DNA of 64,000 nucleotides from Candidatus Latescibacterota bacterium (GTDB lineage: Bacteria > Latescibacterota > UBA2968 > GCA-2709665), in the NCBI GenBank assembly GCA_965219455.1, contig OZ244744.1:3392001-3456000 (forward strand), written 5' to 3'. Position numbers and translations under genes: made by a program. This document shows, piece after piece, positions 10,957 through 21,570 of the stretch (position 1 is its first letter; each line of letters begins with the position of its first letter). The notes beneath the pieces were generated by a model. It did not search any database and was not told the origin of the DNA. It saw only the letters and a list, made by a program, of their open reading frames with translations.

Positions 10957-11726
10957 ACCTGATCGAGATCTCTCCCCTTCAGTTGCTCCTGTGTCTCGTC
11001 TTTGTCCTTATCGCGGGCACCGGCTCGGTTATCTTCCGCCTCAAACTGGAAAAGGACCTCGCGTGGGGCACGGTGCGCACCTTCGCGCAACTCTTCCTGG
11101 TCGGCTACGTTCTGAAGTACATCTTCCAGATCAACAACCCGTACCTGATTCTCATCCTCTTCATCTGGATGGTCTTCTGGGCCGCCCACGCCATCCGCGG
11201 CCGGGTAAAGGAAAAGAAGGTCGCCTACTTCCTACCCACGTTCATTTCCATGGTCGCCAGTTACACCATAGTGTCCATCCTGGTCACCGCCGTAGTCGTC
11301 CAGGTCAAACCCTGGTACACCCCGCAGTATTTCATTCCCCTGGGCGGAATGATTATCGGCAATTCCATGAACGCCGTCACAATCGCCCTGGAACGACTCT
11401 TCGCCGACCTGCGCAAACAGCGAGACCAGATCGAACTCGCCCTGTGCCTGGGCGCCACCTACCAGGAGGCCACCGCCATCATTCTGCGCGACGTGGTGAA
11501 AGCCGGTATGATTCCATCCATCAACGCCCTCATGACCGTTGGCCTCGTCTCTCTTCCCGGTATGATGACCGGACAGATTCTGGCCGGCTCGGATCCGATG
11601 ACCGCTATCAAATATCAGATTATCGTGATGCTGATGATTGTCGCCGCCACCGCCATTGGCTCCATCGTCGTCGTACACGTCGTCCGCCGCCGATGCTTCA
11701 CGCGGGCGCATCAACTGGCCATATAA
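10953..11726 (+). CDS. fetB: ABC permease FetB/YbbM (UPF0014) family
   Basis: R...QL..VGY.L, IP..GMIIGNSM, LGAT, P.IN....GLV.LPGMMTGQIL.G..P..A..YQ signature. Confidence 0.88.
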   Translation: MNLIEISPLQLLLCLVFVLIAGTGSVIFRLKLEKDLAWGTVRTFAQLFLVGYVLKYIFQINNPYLILILFIWMVFWAAHAIRGRVKEKKVAYFLPTFISMVASYTIVSILVTAVVVQVKPWYTPQYFIPLGGMIIGNSMNAVTIALERLFADLRKQRDQIELALCLGATYQEATAIILRDVVKAGMIPSINALMTVGLVSLPGMMTGQILAGSDPMTAIKYQIIVMLMIVAATAIGSIVVVHVVRRRCFTRAHQLAI

Positions 11727-11731
11727 GCTGC

Positions 11732-12517
11732 CTAAACCGTCTCCCCGGAACCACCGTCCAGATTAATTGCCGCGCCCGTGATGAACGCGCCCCGGTCGGA
11801 GACCAGAAACGCGACCAGATCGGCCACCTCACCGGGTTCGCCCATCCGCCCCAGCGGGACGTCCTTACCGAGTTCATCGCACCAGGCTTCGTAATCCAGA
11901 TCCCTGCCGGACGCCTTCCACGCCCGCTCCGCCTGCGCGGACCTGATATTGGTCAGACAGACCGTGTTCACCCGAATCCGGTGCTGAGCCAGATCCTTGG
12001 ACATCGCCTTGCTCAGCGCGATACCCGCGGCCCGGCTCACCGACGTGGGCACCGAATCCGGTCCCGGCGCCTTGCCGCCCGGGTGCGTGATATTCACAAT
12101 GCTGCCCCCGCCCCGGGCCTTCATATGGGGAACAGCCATCCTTGAACCCCGAACCGCGGCCCAGAATTTCAAATCGAAATCCTCCTGCCACATGGCTTCA
12201 GTCGCATTCTCGAAGTAATGGGCCGCGGAACGACCCGCGTTGTTCACCAGAATATCAATACCGCCGAATTCGGACACCGCTTCGTTCACGAACCGCTCCA
12301 CGTCCGCGGCGAGCGTGACGTCGGCCGCCACCGCAAGCACCCGGGCGCCCGCTTCCGAGCTGATGGCTTCCGCCGCGTCTGCCAGAACGTCCTGCCGCCG
12401 CGCGCACATCGCAACCCTGCACCCCTCCGCGGCCAACTTCCGGGCGATCCCGTTTCCAATGCCCTCGCTGCCCCCTGTCACCAGCGCCACCTTCCCCGAC
12501 AGATTCAACTCCAGCAT
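11732..12517 (-). CDS. Short-chain dehydrogenase/reductase
   Basis: TGGSEGIG Rossmann motif, NNAG, GAAINLDGG; AAGGAGG RBS before ATG at 12517; catalytic Tyr position appears as T (TSVSRAA), an atypical subgroup. Confidence 0.88.
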   Translation of the reverse strand: MLELNLSGKVALVTGGSEGIGNGIARKLAAEGCRVAMCARRQDVLADAAEAISSEAGARVLAVAADVTLAADVERFVNEAVSEFGGIDILVNNAGRSAAHYFENATEAMWQEDFDLKFWAAVRGSRMAVPHMKARGGGSIVNITHPGGKAPGPDSVPTSVSRAAGIALSKAMSKDLAQHRIRVNTVCLTNIRSAQAERAWKASGRDLDYEAWCDELGKDVPLGRMGEPGEVADLVAFLVSDRGAFITGAAINLDGGSGETV

Positions 12518-12730
12518 TTCAGTCCCTCCTTGTGTACCGTCCCGGAAATATGTCACCATTCTTCCGCCTGCCTCGCATGCTTCAGCAGGCAGGCCGGTTC
12601 ATCCCGTCTCGCTACGTTCCCCTCGCTCGCCGACCTTGCCTTCGGAGACAGGACGCAATCGTGGTCGAGCCCATACGACGTCAAACGGGCTTTCCGCGTC
12701 TCCCCTGGTGATGTTTTCAGCCCCTGACTA

Positions 12731-13369
12731 TCAACCTGCGGCCCAGCGCACGCCCTGGCAGAGCATCGCCTGCACCGGCGGCCTGGCGAACGTCCCCGGG
12801 CCGTGGCCAAGCGCCGTGTAGAATACCCGTCCCGATCCGTACGCTTTCACCCACGCAACCGGAAACGTCCCACCATGCCATTGCGCGGACGCGAGAATCC
12901 GCAATTGAGGTTCGTACGCCGAAATATAGATTTCGTCGTCCACCTCAAAGTCCTCGATGCCTTCCATCACGGGGTGGCCCGCATCTTCCACCTTTACGGT
13001 GAACGTCAGCCCGGGCGGGTGCCAATTGGCATGCCCGCCCAGCATGTCCACCGCCCGGCCGCCGATCCACCATCCCGATCCGTGAACCCCCACCAGGCCT
13101 TTGCCTCCCGTTACGAACCCGAAGAGGCCATCCTCCTGGGCGCGCGTCAGGTCCGATTCACGGGCAATCGAACCGTCCTCCCGTTTTACGGTGCGGGTGA
13201 ACCCCGTTCCGAAAACGCAAACATCATAATGGTTCATCCCCGACGCCAGCAGGTCCTTGTCCGCGCTCAGGTTCACCGACAGATCGGGCTGTGCGTCCAG
13301 AAACCCGCGGATCATCCCGGCGCTCTGATCAAATCCGTGATTCGCACCCGACAGGATCAACACGTTCAT
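12731..13369 (-). CDS. ThuA-like domain protein
   Basis: GKGLVGVH, HP, DEIY, P.AW.K.YG.GRVFYTALGH motifs. Confidence 0.85.
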   Translation of the reverse strand: MNVLILSGANHGFDQSAGMIRGFLDAQPDLSVNLSADKDLLASGMNHYDVCVFGTGFTRTVKREDGSIARESDLTRAQEDGLFGFVTGGKGLVGVHGSGWWIGGRAVDMLGGHANWHPPGLTFTVKVEDAGHPVMEGIEDFEVDDEIYISAYEPQLRILASAQWHGGTFPVAWVKAYGSGRVFYTALGHGPGTFARPPVQAMLCQGVRWAAG

Positions 13370-13986
13370 CGCAATGCCTCCTCTGGAAAACCGTTGCCCT
13401 TCGAATACCGTGGCCGCGTGCGGCCCCGTCTTTTATCCGGTGGCGCCGGTCGTACGTTAAGGTTTCCGTCGTCTCCGGCCTTCGACGGCGGTTCTTGATC
13501 GGATCGCCGCGGGCGGCCGCCGCGCCATCGCGACTGTGCACCCACGCCTCGTGGCGTTCACCGTCAACGGAACTTGTCGAATTCCTTATCTAATTGATTT
13601 TATTCATCTTCAAACCTGCTTCCGCAGGGCGGAACCAAACATGCGGCCCGGGAGGAACGAAGTCAACGGTTTTTCGCGGCGTCGGGCGCGGCGGAACGCG
13701 CCTCTTGATTCGGGTTCTCTTATCCACTAAATTCTACGGGGCGGCGCTTCCGCTCCCCGGCGCAGGAAACCCGACAGCCCTTTGCGCGATTCGACTTCCG
13801 GCCGCGTCCGCAACCTGGCGTTCAGTGGAACCCGACGCCACGACGACGGCGAGATTCAGGATTGGCACGCCTCGGCGGCCCTTCGGGGAACGCAGGCGCG
13901 CATCGCGCTATACGAGAGAGAACAGGTGACCGACTGTCTCACGCGTTTTGTCGACGCCGGTTCTCTTCCCCAATTGGAGCGGCGTT

Positions 13987-15006
13987 ATGGCCGCCGTGCC
14001 GCTTAGCGAATCCATCCTGAACCACATGGTCTCCTGGACCACGGCGGACTGGCCGCCGGATTGGGGGGCGATCTTCGGCCGCTCCGGTCTCCTTGTCGTG
14101 GAAATCGGCTTCGGCACCGGCGAGTTTCTGGTGGATCGGGCCCGTGCGAATCCGGACATGAATTTCGTAGGCGTCGAACGATCATGGGTGTCCGTTCAGA
14201 GGCTGTTCAGGCGGTTGGGCCGGGGCGGTCCAACGAACGTGCGGGTGGTTCATGGCGGGGCGGATTTTGTGTTCGAGCGCCTCTTTTCGGTGGATAGCGT
14301 CGCACAGGTTTATATCAACTTTCCGGATCCCTGGCCCAAGGAGCGGCATCGCGGCAGGCGGCTGATCCAGCCGGAATTCGTCGGGGCGCTGGCCGAGCGG
14401 CTGGCGCCGGGCGGCACGGTGACCGTGGCGACGGACCACGGGGGATACGCGTCGTGGATTTCAGATGTGCTGGAAGCACAGCCGCTTCTGCGATCCGGCT
14501 TCACGTCCGCGTCGGTGCCGGGGTTGCCCGGGCGGAAGCCCACCAAGTACGAACGGAAGGCACTGGACGCCGGCGTGCCCGTCCGTTATTTCGTCTGGCG
14601 ACGGGATCTCCGCGTCTCCCTCCCGAAACCCGTTGAAAAGGTCGGACCGATGCCGAATATGTTGCTGGAAGGGAAGTACGACCGCACTCGAATGACTGCG
14701 GGTTTTGAGCCCTTTTCGTGGCGGACGGACCACCGCGGGGTGACGGTGGTGATCAAGCTCGTGGACATGTACACCGACCGAAACGGGGACTATCTGGTGG
14801 AAACGATGGTGAAGGAGGGCGCATTCTCCCAGCACTTTGGCGTTCTGGTCCTGGCCCGACCAGGAAACCGGGTGCTGGTAAAATTGTCTCCTATCGGGCA
14901 GCCGCGGCCCACATGGGGGGTGAAGCAGGCGGTGGGAAGGGTGGGACAGATGGTCCTGGCGCAGTGTCCCGGGCTCCACGTGGCGGAAAGCGCAGTGGGT
15001 CGATAG
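13987..15006 (+). CDS. trmB: tRNA (guanine-N7)-methyltransferase, long form with C-terminal domain
   Basis: EIGFGTGEF, NFPDPWPK.RH..RRL, ATDH..Y, T.YE.K motifs; about 130 aa C-terminal extension. Confidence 0.9.
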   Translation: MAAVPLSESILNHMVSWTTADWPPDWGAIFGRSGLLVVEIGFGTGEFLVDRARANPDMNFVGVERSWVSVQRLFRRLGRGGPTNVRVVHGGADFVFERLFSVDSVAQVYINFPDPWPKERHRGRRLIQPEFVGALAERLAPGGTVTVATDHGGYASWISDVLEAQPLLRSGFTSASVPGLPGRKPTKYERKALDAGVPVRYFVWRRDLRVSLPKPVEKVGPMPNMLLEGKYDRTRMTAGFEPFSWRTDHRGVTVVIKLVDMYTDRNGDYLVETMVKEGAFSQHFGVLVLARPGNRVLVKLSPIGQPRPTWGVKQAVGRVGQMVLAQCPGLHVAESAVGR

Positions 15007-15068
15007 GCGCCGCGCCGGCGGGCACATCGGTGTTCGCGGCCTGCGGGCGCGCCGGCGAGACGCTTCGC

Positions 15069-16127
15069 CTATGCAAAGATGATTTGCGCGTTGTCATCCA
15101 GCGGGCTCACGGATCCGATAATGCGCGCGCGGCCCTCGCCGGTGTCGTGCAGCGCGGCCAGAAGACTGTGGCCCTGATCGGGAGGGACCGAGACCAGGAG
15201 GCCGCCGCTGGTCTGGGGATCGACGAATATCTCTTCGTGTCGTTCAGGCAGGGCCGCGTCGAAACGGGCTGCGTCTCGAATGAGTTCCCGGTTGGCGGCA
15301 TTGACGCCGGTGCCCACCCCTCTTTCGTACATGTCCAGGGCCTCTGACATCACGGGGACGTCGGCGCAGGAGATCTCCAGGGTGCAGCCGGAAGCCCTGG
15401 CGATTTCCAGGGCGTGGCCTGCCAGGCCGAAGCCGGTGACGTCGGTGGCGGCGTGTATGTCAAACCCGGCCATGACGTCTGCCGCGTTTTTGTTGAGGGC
15501 GGCTGTGGTGTTCAGGCACTCCTCCAGCGCCGCGTCCGAGACCCATCCTTTGAGGTTGGCGTTGAACAGCACGCCGCTGCCGATGGGTTTGGTCAGGATG
15601 AGCAGATCGCCCGGACGGGCCCCGGCGTTGTGCCAGTATTTTTCGGGGTGCACGACCCCGGTTACGGACAGGCCGAATTTGGGTTCCTCGTCGTCGGTGG
15701 TGTGCCCGCCCGCCAGGACGGCCCCGGCCTCAGTGATTTTGTTAAGGGCGCCTTCGACGATGCCCTCCAGGACCTCCGATCCGAGCTGCCGGGATGGAAA
15801 TCCGATAAGGTTCAGGCACGCGATGGGCCGTCCGCCCATGGCGTAGACGTCGCTGAGGGCGTTGGCCGCGCCAATTTGACCGAAGACGTACGGATCGTCC
15901 ACCGGCGGCGTGATGAAGTCCGCCGTGAGTACGAGGGCGGTCTCATCGTCCATTCTGTAGACGCCGGCGTCGTCGCTGGACTGAAATCCCACCATCAGGT
16001 TCGGATCGACGTTTTTAGGCAGGCGGTCCAGGAGTTTCTTGAGTCCGACCGGACTGACTTTGGCCGCTCACCCGCAGGTCCGCGCCAGGCCCGTGAGGGT
16101 ATGTTTTTTTCTGAAGAAAGAGAACAA
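15069..16127 (-). CDS. selD: Selenide, water dikinase; selenoprotein with Sec at codon 20
   Basis: AGGAGG RBS then TTG at 16127; MFSFFRKKHTLTGLARTCG-TGA(16070-16068)-AAKVSP continues in frame into DDAGVY, DFITP.VDDPY.FG...AANALSDVYAMGG, DVTGFGL.GH, DPQTSGGLL. Confidence 0.95.
16042..16055 (-). promoter_or_regulatory. Bacterial SECIS hairpin in selD mRNA
   Basis: 12 nt after the UGA the mRNA reads AGUCC-GGUC-GGACU (5-bp stem, G-containing apical loop 17 nt from UGA). Confidence 0.75.
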
Positions 16128-16272
16128 CGGGACGCCTCCTGAAGTTGACGCGCATCTCGCTCGGTGCTGAAATAGATACGGGAAAACGACCCCGATCGCA
16201 ACCCCAATCCATCGGCGCCGGCGATTCTTCGCGCTTTTCCGAGGTTCGGTCTTGATGAACGGTGAATTCGAC

Positions 16273-16971
16273 ATGGCGCCTGGGCTCTCGTTTGAAAGGG
16301 TTACCAAAGCTTACGATGCAGGCAGCGGCGTGCGATATGCACTGCGCGACGTGTCTTTTGTCGTCGACGCGGGCCGAAGGGTGGCGGTGGTGGGGCGCAG
16401 CGGAAGCGGAAAGTCCACCCTGTTGCATCTGGCGGCGGGCATCGACGTCCCCACCGCCGGGGTGGTGAGGGTGGGCCAACGGGACCTGGGCGCGCTGTCG
16501 GAAGAAGCGCGAACGATGCTGAGACGGGACGAGGTCGGGCTCATTTTTCAATTTTTCTATCTGATGCCGCACCTGCCGGTTGCGGATAACGTCGCGCTGC
16601 CGGCGATGATCGCGGGGGAGAAGCCGCGGATTTATCGCCCGCGGGTCCGGGAGTTGCTGGAGCGCGTGGAACTGGCCGATCGTGCGGGGGATCCGGTGCA
16701 GAAGCTGTCGGGCGGCGAACAGCAGCGGGTGGCAATATGCCGGGCGCTATTGCGCCGGCCCGGTTTGTTGCTGGCGGATGAACCGACGGGTAACCTGGAC
16801 GACGAGAACGGGCGGCGGGTGATGAACCTGATGATGGACCTGGTTGAGAATGAGGGGGCGACGCTGGTATATGTGACCCACAGCCGGGAATTCGCCTCGT
16901 TGGCCGACGAGGTCTGGGAACTGCACAGCGGAGAGATGAGCCTTCCGCCCGTGCCTGACGCCCGCGCGTGA
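16273..16971 (+). CDS. ABC transporter ATP-binding protein (LolD/MacB-like)
   Basis: GRSGSGKST, LSGGEQQRVAI, LADEPTGNLD, VTHS. Confidence 0.92.
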   Translation: MAPGLSFERVTKAYDAGSGVRYALRDVSFVVDAGRRVAVVGRSGSGKSTLLHLAAGIDVPTAGVVRVGQRDLGALSEEARTMLRRDEVGLIFQFFYLMPHLPVADNVALPAMIAGEKPRIYRPRVRELLERVELADRAGDPVQKLSGGEQQRVAICRALLRRPGLLLADEPTGNLDDENGRRVMNLMMDLVENEGATLVYVTHSREFASLADEVWELHSGEMSLPPVPDARA

Positions 16972-17038
16972 CCCGCTCCGGGCCGCGGGAGTCGGGTACG
17001 GCGGCCATTTTTTTCCACAGGAGATCGGGGCAGGTCTT

Positions 17039-19570
17039 TTGGTCCGCTACTTCGCAAATTCGCTGGGCGCCCAACTTCGCGCGGGGGGCAGCCTTTATTT
17101 TCTGACGGTATTCGGCGTGGCGCTGGGCGTTGCGTCGGTACTCTCCATTCAGATTGTCAATTACAACGCGCTGGCCGCGTTCGAGGGGACGGTGCGGGCG
17201 GTGAGCGGGGAGGCGGATTTAAGCGTGCTGGGAAGAACGCCGGCGTTCCCGGAGCATTTGTATGCCGACGTGTTGGCCGTAGAGGGGGTGGCGGCGGCCT
17301 GGCCCCTCTATCGGGTGGACGTGGCGCTGGCAGATCGGGACCGGTTTTTTCTGGAGGTGTTGGGGGTCGACTTTTTCACGCCGATGCGGATCCCGTGGCG
17401 GGGCGACCCAGGGGATGTTTCGGCGGCGCTTAAGGGAGACGGATGGAGCGCGGTCACGCCGGCTCTGGCGGCGCGGTTCGGTTGGGCCGTGGGCGATACG
17501 TTCGAAGTCCACAGCGGGGTTCGACGGGTACGGTTGCGCGTCGGGGCGCTGGTGGACTTCCAGGAGTTAAGCCCGCTGGCCAGCCGGAAACTGGTGGTGA
17601 TGGACATCGCGCAGGCGCAGGCGTTGCTGGGGCGGAGGGGTGAGCTTCACCAGATTGACGTACGTACGGCCGGCGGCGCGGACGCAGACGGGGTCCGGAG
17701 TCGACTGCAAGCACGGCTCGGGCCCCGAGTGCGCGTGGCGACGCCGGGGCAGCGGTCCGAGCAGGCGGAGGGGCTGCTTTCGGCGTTCCGGCTGAATCTG
17801 ACGGCGATGAGCCTCATCAGCCTGTTCGTGGGGCTCTTCCTGGTCTACAGCAGCACGCAGGCGGGGCTGGTTCGGCGGCGGGCGGAGTTCGGACTCCTGC
17901 GCTCTCTGGGCGCCACGCGGGCCCAGGTCCTCGCGTTGATACTGGGGGAGGTGGCGCTTCTGGGCGTGCTGGGCGTGCTGCTTGGGCTGCCGTTAGGGTA
18001 CTGGGCCGCTGAGGCGAACCTCGAGGTCGTGAGCGCAACGCTCACGAATCTCTACCTGCTGGAGGAGATTTCATCCCTGTCGCTGCCGCGATGGTTGTAC
18101 GGGCTGGGTGTGGCGATCGGGATGGGCGGCGCCCTGGCGGGCGCGCTGGCGCCCGCGCTGGATATGAGCCGGCGGGATACGCGCGCACTGCTTTCGGCAT
18201 TTCCGCTTCAGGAGCGGACGGGTTCGCTGGTGTTGCGGCTCTTTTCAGCGGGTACGGGCATTCTTGCGGCGGCGGGCATCTGGTACCTCGGGTGGGGTAG
18301 GGAATGGAAACACGCGGGGTTCGTGCTTTGCGTGGCGCTTTTGATCGGGCTGCCGTTATGCGCGCCGTTCACAATCCGCCAGGTTTGCGGACGGGTGCGT
18401 GTGAGTGGGTTTGGACTGGGGTACAGTTTGAAGGGTCTGGGCGTTCGGATCCGGACGACGTCGTTCGCGGTGGCGTCGTTGGCAATTGCCGTCAGCATGC
18501 TGGTGGGCATCACGCTGATGATCGGAAGTTTCCGGCGGACGCTGGAGGTGTGGGTCAACGCGTCGATCCGGGCGGACGTGTATATCTCGCCCGCGTCATG
18601 GCGGGGGCGTGGAACCGAGGGCATTCTGGAGGATGATCTGGTCGAGGCGCTGTCAGGTCATCCGGGCGTGGCGGCAGTGGACCGCCTCCGAGGTTTCCCC
18701 GCCTGGTCCGGCGACCGCCAGATCGGACTGGCGGGCGTGGACATGGCGCTTCCCGGTGGCGAGGCGCGCTTTCCACTGCTGGATGGGGACGTGGATGAGG
18801 CGTATCGGATGGTGCGGGAGGAGGGCGCGGTCTTTGTCGGAGAAACGCTGGCCCGCGCGGTTGACAAATGGACCGGTGATGAAATCGCGGTTTCCGGGCC
18901 GGACGGGGAGATGCGGTTTCCCGTGGCAGGCGTGTACTACGACTACCATACCGGCGGCGGCGCGGTCGTCATGGATCTGAAAACGCTGGAGACCTTCTTC
19001 GGCCCGGGACCGGTCAACGGCGCGGCGCTTTTTTTGAAGCCGGGTTGGGACGGAGACACGGTCATAGACAGTTTGAAGGCGCGGTTTTCGGACGCCCCCC
19101 TTCTAATACGCAGCAATCGCCGGCTCAGAGACGAGGTGTTCCGGATTTTCGATCAGACATTTCTGGTAACACGGATTCTGCAGGGGATGAGTCTGCTGAT
19201 TGCGGTATGCGGGATCATGTTGATGCTTCTGGTTCTCGTGCGGGAGCAGGTTTCCGAATTGGCGCTGTATCGCGCCGTCGGCGCCAGGCGCAGGCAGGTC
19301 TTCTGGGTGTTTTTGGGTCAGGGCATGGGTTTCGGATTGCTGGGCCTGGGCTTGGGACTCGTTGGGGGCGTGCTGCTGGCGGGCATCCTGGTTTTCGAGA
19401 TCAACCGGGCGTATTTCGGATGGACCATACAGGTCCACTGGCCATGGGGACCGGTCCTTCAGCAGGTGGCCGCGATCCTGGCCGCGGCCGTGTTGGCAAG
19501 TCTCTATCCGGCGGCGCGAGCCAGCCGGACACCGGCGACGGAGTTGGGCAGGGACGACCTGTTGGCGTGA
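17039..19570 (+). CDS. FtsX/MacB-like ABC permease (duplicated, about 840 aa)
   Basis: GVALGVA, two periplasmic domains, RR.E.GLLR.LGA and E.ALYRAVGA repeats, IN..YFGWT C-terminal motif of the AttG-like class. Confidence 0.88.
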   Translation: MVRYFANSLGAQLRAGGSLYFLTVFGVALGVASVLSIQIVNYNALAAFEGTVRAVSGEADLSVLGRTPAFPEHLYADVLAVEGVAAAWPLYRVDVALADRDRFFLEVLGVDFFTPMRIPWRGDPGDVSAALKGDGWSAVTPALAARFGWAVGDTFEVHSGVRRVRLRVGALVDFQELSPLASRKLVVMDIAQAQALLGRRGELHQIDVRTAGGADADGVRSRLQARLGPRVRVATPGQRSEQAEGLLSAFRLNLTAMSLISLFVGLFLVYSSTQAGLVRRRAEFGLLRSLGATRAQVLALILGEVALLGVLGVLLGLPLGYWAAEANLEVVSATLTNLYLLEEISSLSLPRWLYGLGVAIGMGGALAGALAPALDMSRRDTRALLSAFPLQERTGSLVLRLFSAGTGILAAAGIWYLGWGREWKHAGFVLCVALLIGLPLCAPFTIRQVCGRVRVSGFGLGYSLKGLGVRIRTTSFAVASLAIAVSMLVGITLMIGSFRRTLEVWVNASIRADVYISPASWRGRGTEGILEDDLVEALSGHPGVAAVDRLRGFPAWSGDRQIGLAGVDMALPGGEARFPLLDGDVDEAYRMVREEGAVFVGETLARAVDKWTGDEIAVSGPDGEMRFPVAGVYYDYHTGGGAVVMDLKTLETFFGPGPVNGAALFLKPGWDGDTVIDSLKARFSDAPLLIRSNRRLRDEVFRIFDQTFLVTRILQGMSLLIAVCGIMLMLLVLVREQVSELALYRAVGARRRQVFWVFLGQGMGFGLLGLGLGLVGGVLLAGILVFEINRAYFGWTIQVHWPWGPVLQQVAAILAAAVLASLYPAARASRTPATELGRDDLLA

Positions 19571-19753
19571 AATCACACGTCGCGGGCCGGGGAAGCCCGG
19601 TGGCGCGAATTTTGTTGCCAAAGGCAAGATGGGGCGGGATATTTCAGCCTGTACGTTCCAGCCGACGCGCTGCCCCGCCTGCCCGAATAATGACTGCGCT
19701 GGAAGACCATTGAATTCTGGTTGCAATTATTGACACCAAGACCGGAGGACCCG

Positions 19754-20986
19754 ATGAATCTCTTCTTGATCTTGCAGACTGTACTTATCGCCCTGCTCGT
19801 CCTGGCGTTCCTCGCCCTCCTGTTTGTCTCGGTCGCCGGGCTGAATATATCCGCGCTTCTGGGTCTATCCCAGAAATCCGAAGCAATTAAATTCCTCGGA
19901 ATCGGCGCTGCCGGTATCCTGGTTGCCCTGAACGCCCTGATGTCCTACAAGCGCGCCAGAGAAATGGAGCGGGTTGCGAAAGCGCAGGCCGACGCGGCGG
20001 GCGAGCAGGCGCGAGCCAGCCGCGACGCCGAACTGGGGCGGCGGCATGAACGCCTGCATAACGGCGTTGAACACCTTGGACACGACTCGGTGGCCGTGCG
20101 CCTGGGCGGAGCCTACGAACTCTTCCACCTTGCGCAGGATACCGAAGCGTTGCGCCAGCCGGTGCTGGACATTCTCTGCGCGCATATCCGCCGCACCACG
20201 GGGCAGGACACGTATCGGAGAAGGCACAGGTCGAAACCGTCCGAAGAAGTCCAGAGCCTGCTGAACCTGCTGTTCACCTCGCCACACGGGATCTGCAAGG
20301 GCCTACGCATCGATTTGCAGGGAAGCTGGTTGAATGGGGCCACGCTATGTGCCGCGTACCTGTGCGGCGCCAATCTTGCGGAGGCGAAGCTGCAAGGCGC
20401 GGATCTTGTCGGGGCGCAACTCCAGGGGACCGACATGTCCTGGGCGCACCTGCAGGTGGCCGGTCTTTCATGGGCGCGGCTGCAGGGCGCCGATCTTGTC
20501 GGCGCGCGGCTCGATGCCGCGAGCATTTCCAGGGCGAATCTTCAGGGGGCAGATCTTGCCCGTTCGATGTTGCGCGGCGCCGCACTTTCCCGAACGCATC
20601 TGCAAGGTGCTTTTATTGTTGGAGCGAATCTGCAGGGCGCGGACCTCACCGAGGCGCAGCTTCACGGCGTGAGGAGTTACGTGGATTACCCCGATTCCTT
20701 CGCCCAGCGCGTGACGCAGTCAATCGGGGAAGAGAGCGACTTGAGCGGGGCGATCTTCGCGGGCGGATTGACGCTGGAGGAAGTGGAGTCCGTTCTGGAT
20801 GGAATGTACCACGAAATGGCAACCGTGTTACGAGAAAAGTTGACGCCGCACATCGGCAAGAGGACGTCCTACGAACTTCCGGAACACAGCGGCGCGGTCA
20901 TCGGAACCTACACCGACGAAGAGGCCGAAAAATGGATCGCGGAATACGAGGAAGCCATGTCGGGGGTGGGAGAGGAAGACGGCTAA
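19754..20986 (+). CDS. Membrane-anchored pentapeptide-repeat protein
   Basis: GGAGG RBS; two N-terminal TM segments; VRLGGAYEL motif; A(D/N)L.GA.L pentapeptide run. Confidence 0.85.
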   Translation: MNLFLILQTVLIALLVLAFLALLFVSVAGLNISALLGLSQKSEAIKFLGIGAAGILVALNALMSYKRAREMERVAKAQADAAGEQARASRDAELGRRHERLHNGVEHLGHDSVAVRLGGAYELFHLAQDTEALRQPVLDILCAHIRRTTGQDTYRRRHRSKPSEEVQSLLNLLFTSPHGICKGLRIDLQGSWLNGATLCAAYLCGANLAEAKLQGADLVGAQLQGTDMSWAHLQVAGLSWARLQGADLVGARLDAASISRANLQGADLARSMLRGAALSRTHLQGAFIVGANLQGADLTEAQLHGVRSYVDYPDSFAQRVTQSIGEESDLSGAIFAGGLTLEEVESVLDGMYHEMATVLREKLTPHIGKRTSYELPEHSGAVIGTYTDEEAEKWIAEYEEAMSGVGEEDG

Positions 20987-21237
20987 GGCCGAAAACAGAC
21001 TGGTTGGCAGGCCGGAGGCGGTGTCGTCGCTGAACGAGCCTGACAGGGAGGTCGTTGGCTTCAGACGGACTCCTCATGTAGGGAGATTAGGCGGCTGCTC
21101 ACAACCGCGAACGCCTGGATGGATGAACGATGATTTGGCGTTGATTCAAATTTCTCGCCGGCAGCAACAGGTCGATAACAGGCAATTTTACCGAAAAACC
21201 ATTTGAATTACGTGCGGCAATGCCGCATATTTATTTC

Positions 21238-21570
21238 ATGCGAATATTCGCAACCCGGACCTACGACCGGGCTATCCGCAGGTTGCTTTCAGATGAAAGC
21301 CGCATGGAGATGGAAGCTGCTATTGCAGCCGACCCCACGGGAGCGTCGGTCATTCCGGGTACCGGTGGCATTCGAAAGATGCGCTGGCGCGGGTTCGGGC
21401 GGGGCAAACGGGGCGGCATTCGGACCATTTACTTCCTTAACACAGAGTCAGTTGCCATCTATTTGTTAACAGCCTATGCAAAGGCTGCACGCAATGACCT
21501 GAGTCCGGCAGACAAGAAAGCGCTCAAGAGTCAGGTTGCAGCAATCAAGGAACAGGAGAAAGCACAATGA
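21238..21570 (+). CDS. RelE/HigB-like toxin
   Basis: IPGTGGIRKMRW...GRGKRGGIRTIY..IYLLTAYAK; overlaps antitoxin start (ATGA). Confidence 0.9.
   Translation: MRIFATRTYDRAIRRLLSDESRMEMEAAIAADPTGASVIPGTGGIRKMRWRGFGRGKRGGIRTIYFLNTESVAIYLLTAYAKAARNDLSPADKKALKSQVAAIKEQEKAQ

Noticed and set aside
13370-13986. Riboswitch or ncRNA in the ThuA-trmB divergent gap
   Set aside because: GC-rich hairpins are possible but no recognisable conserved motif; the short ORFs lack support.
15995-16127. selD as a nonsense or frameshift pseudogene
   Set aside because: The TGA is in frame at the catalytic Cys/Sec site and is followed by a SECIS-like hairpin.
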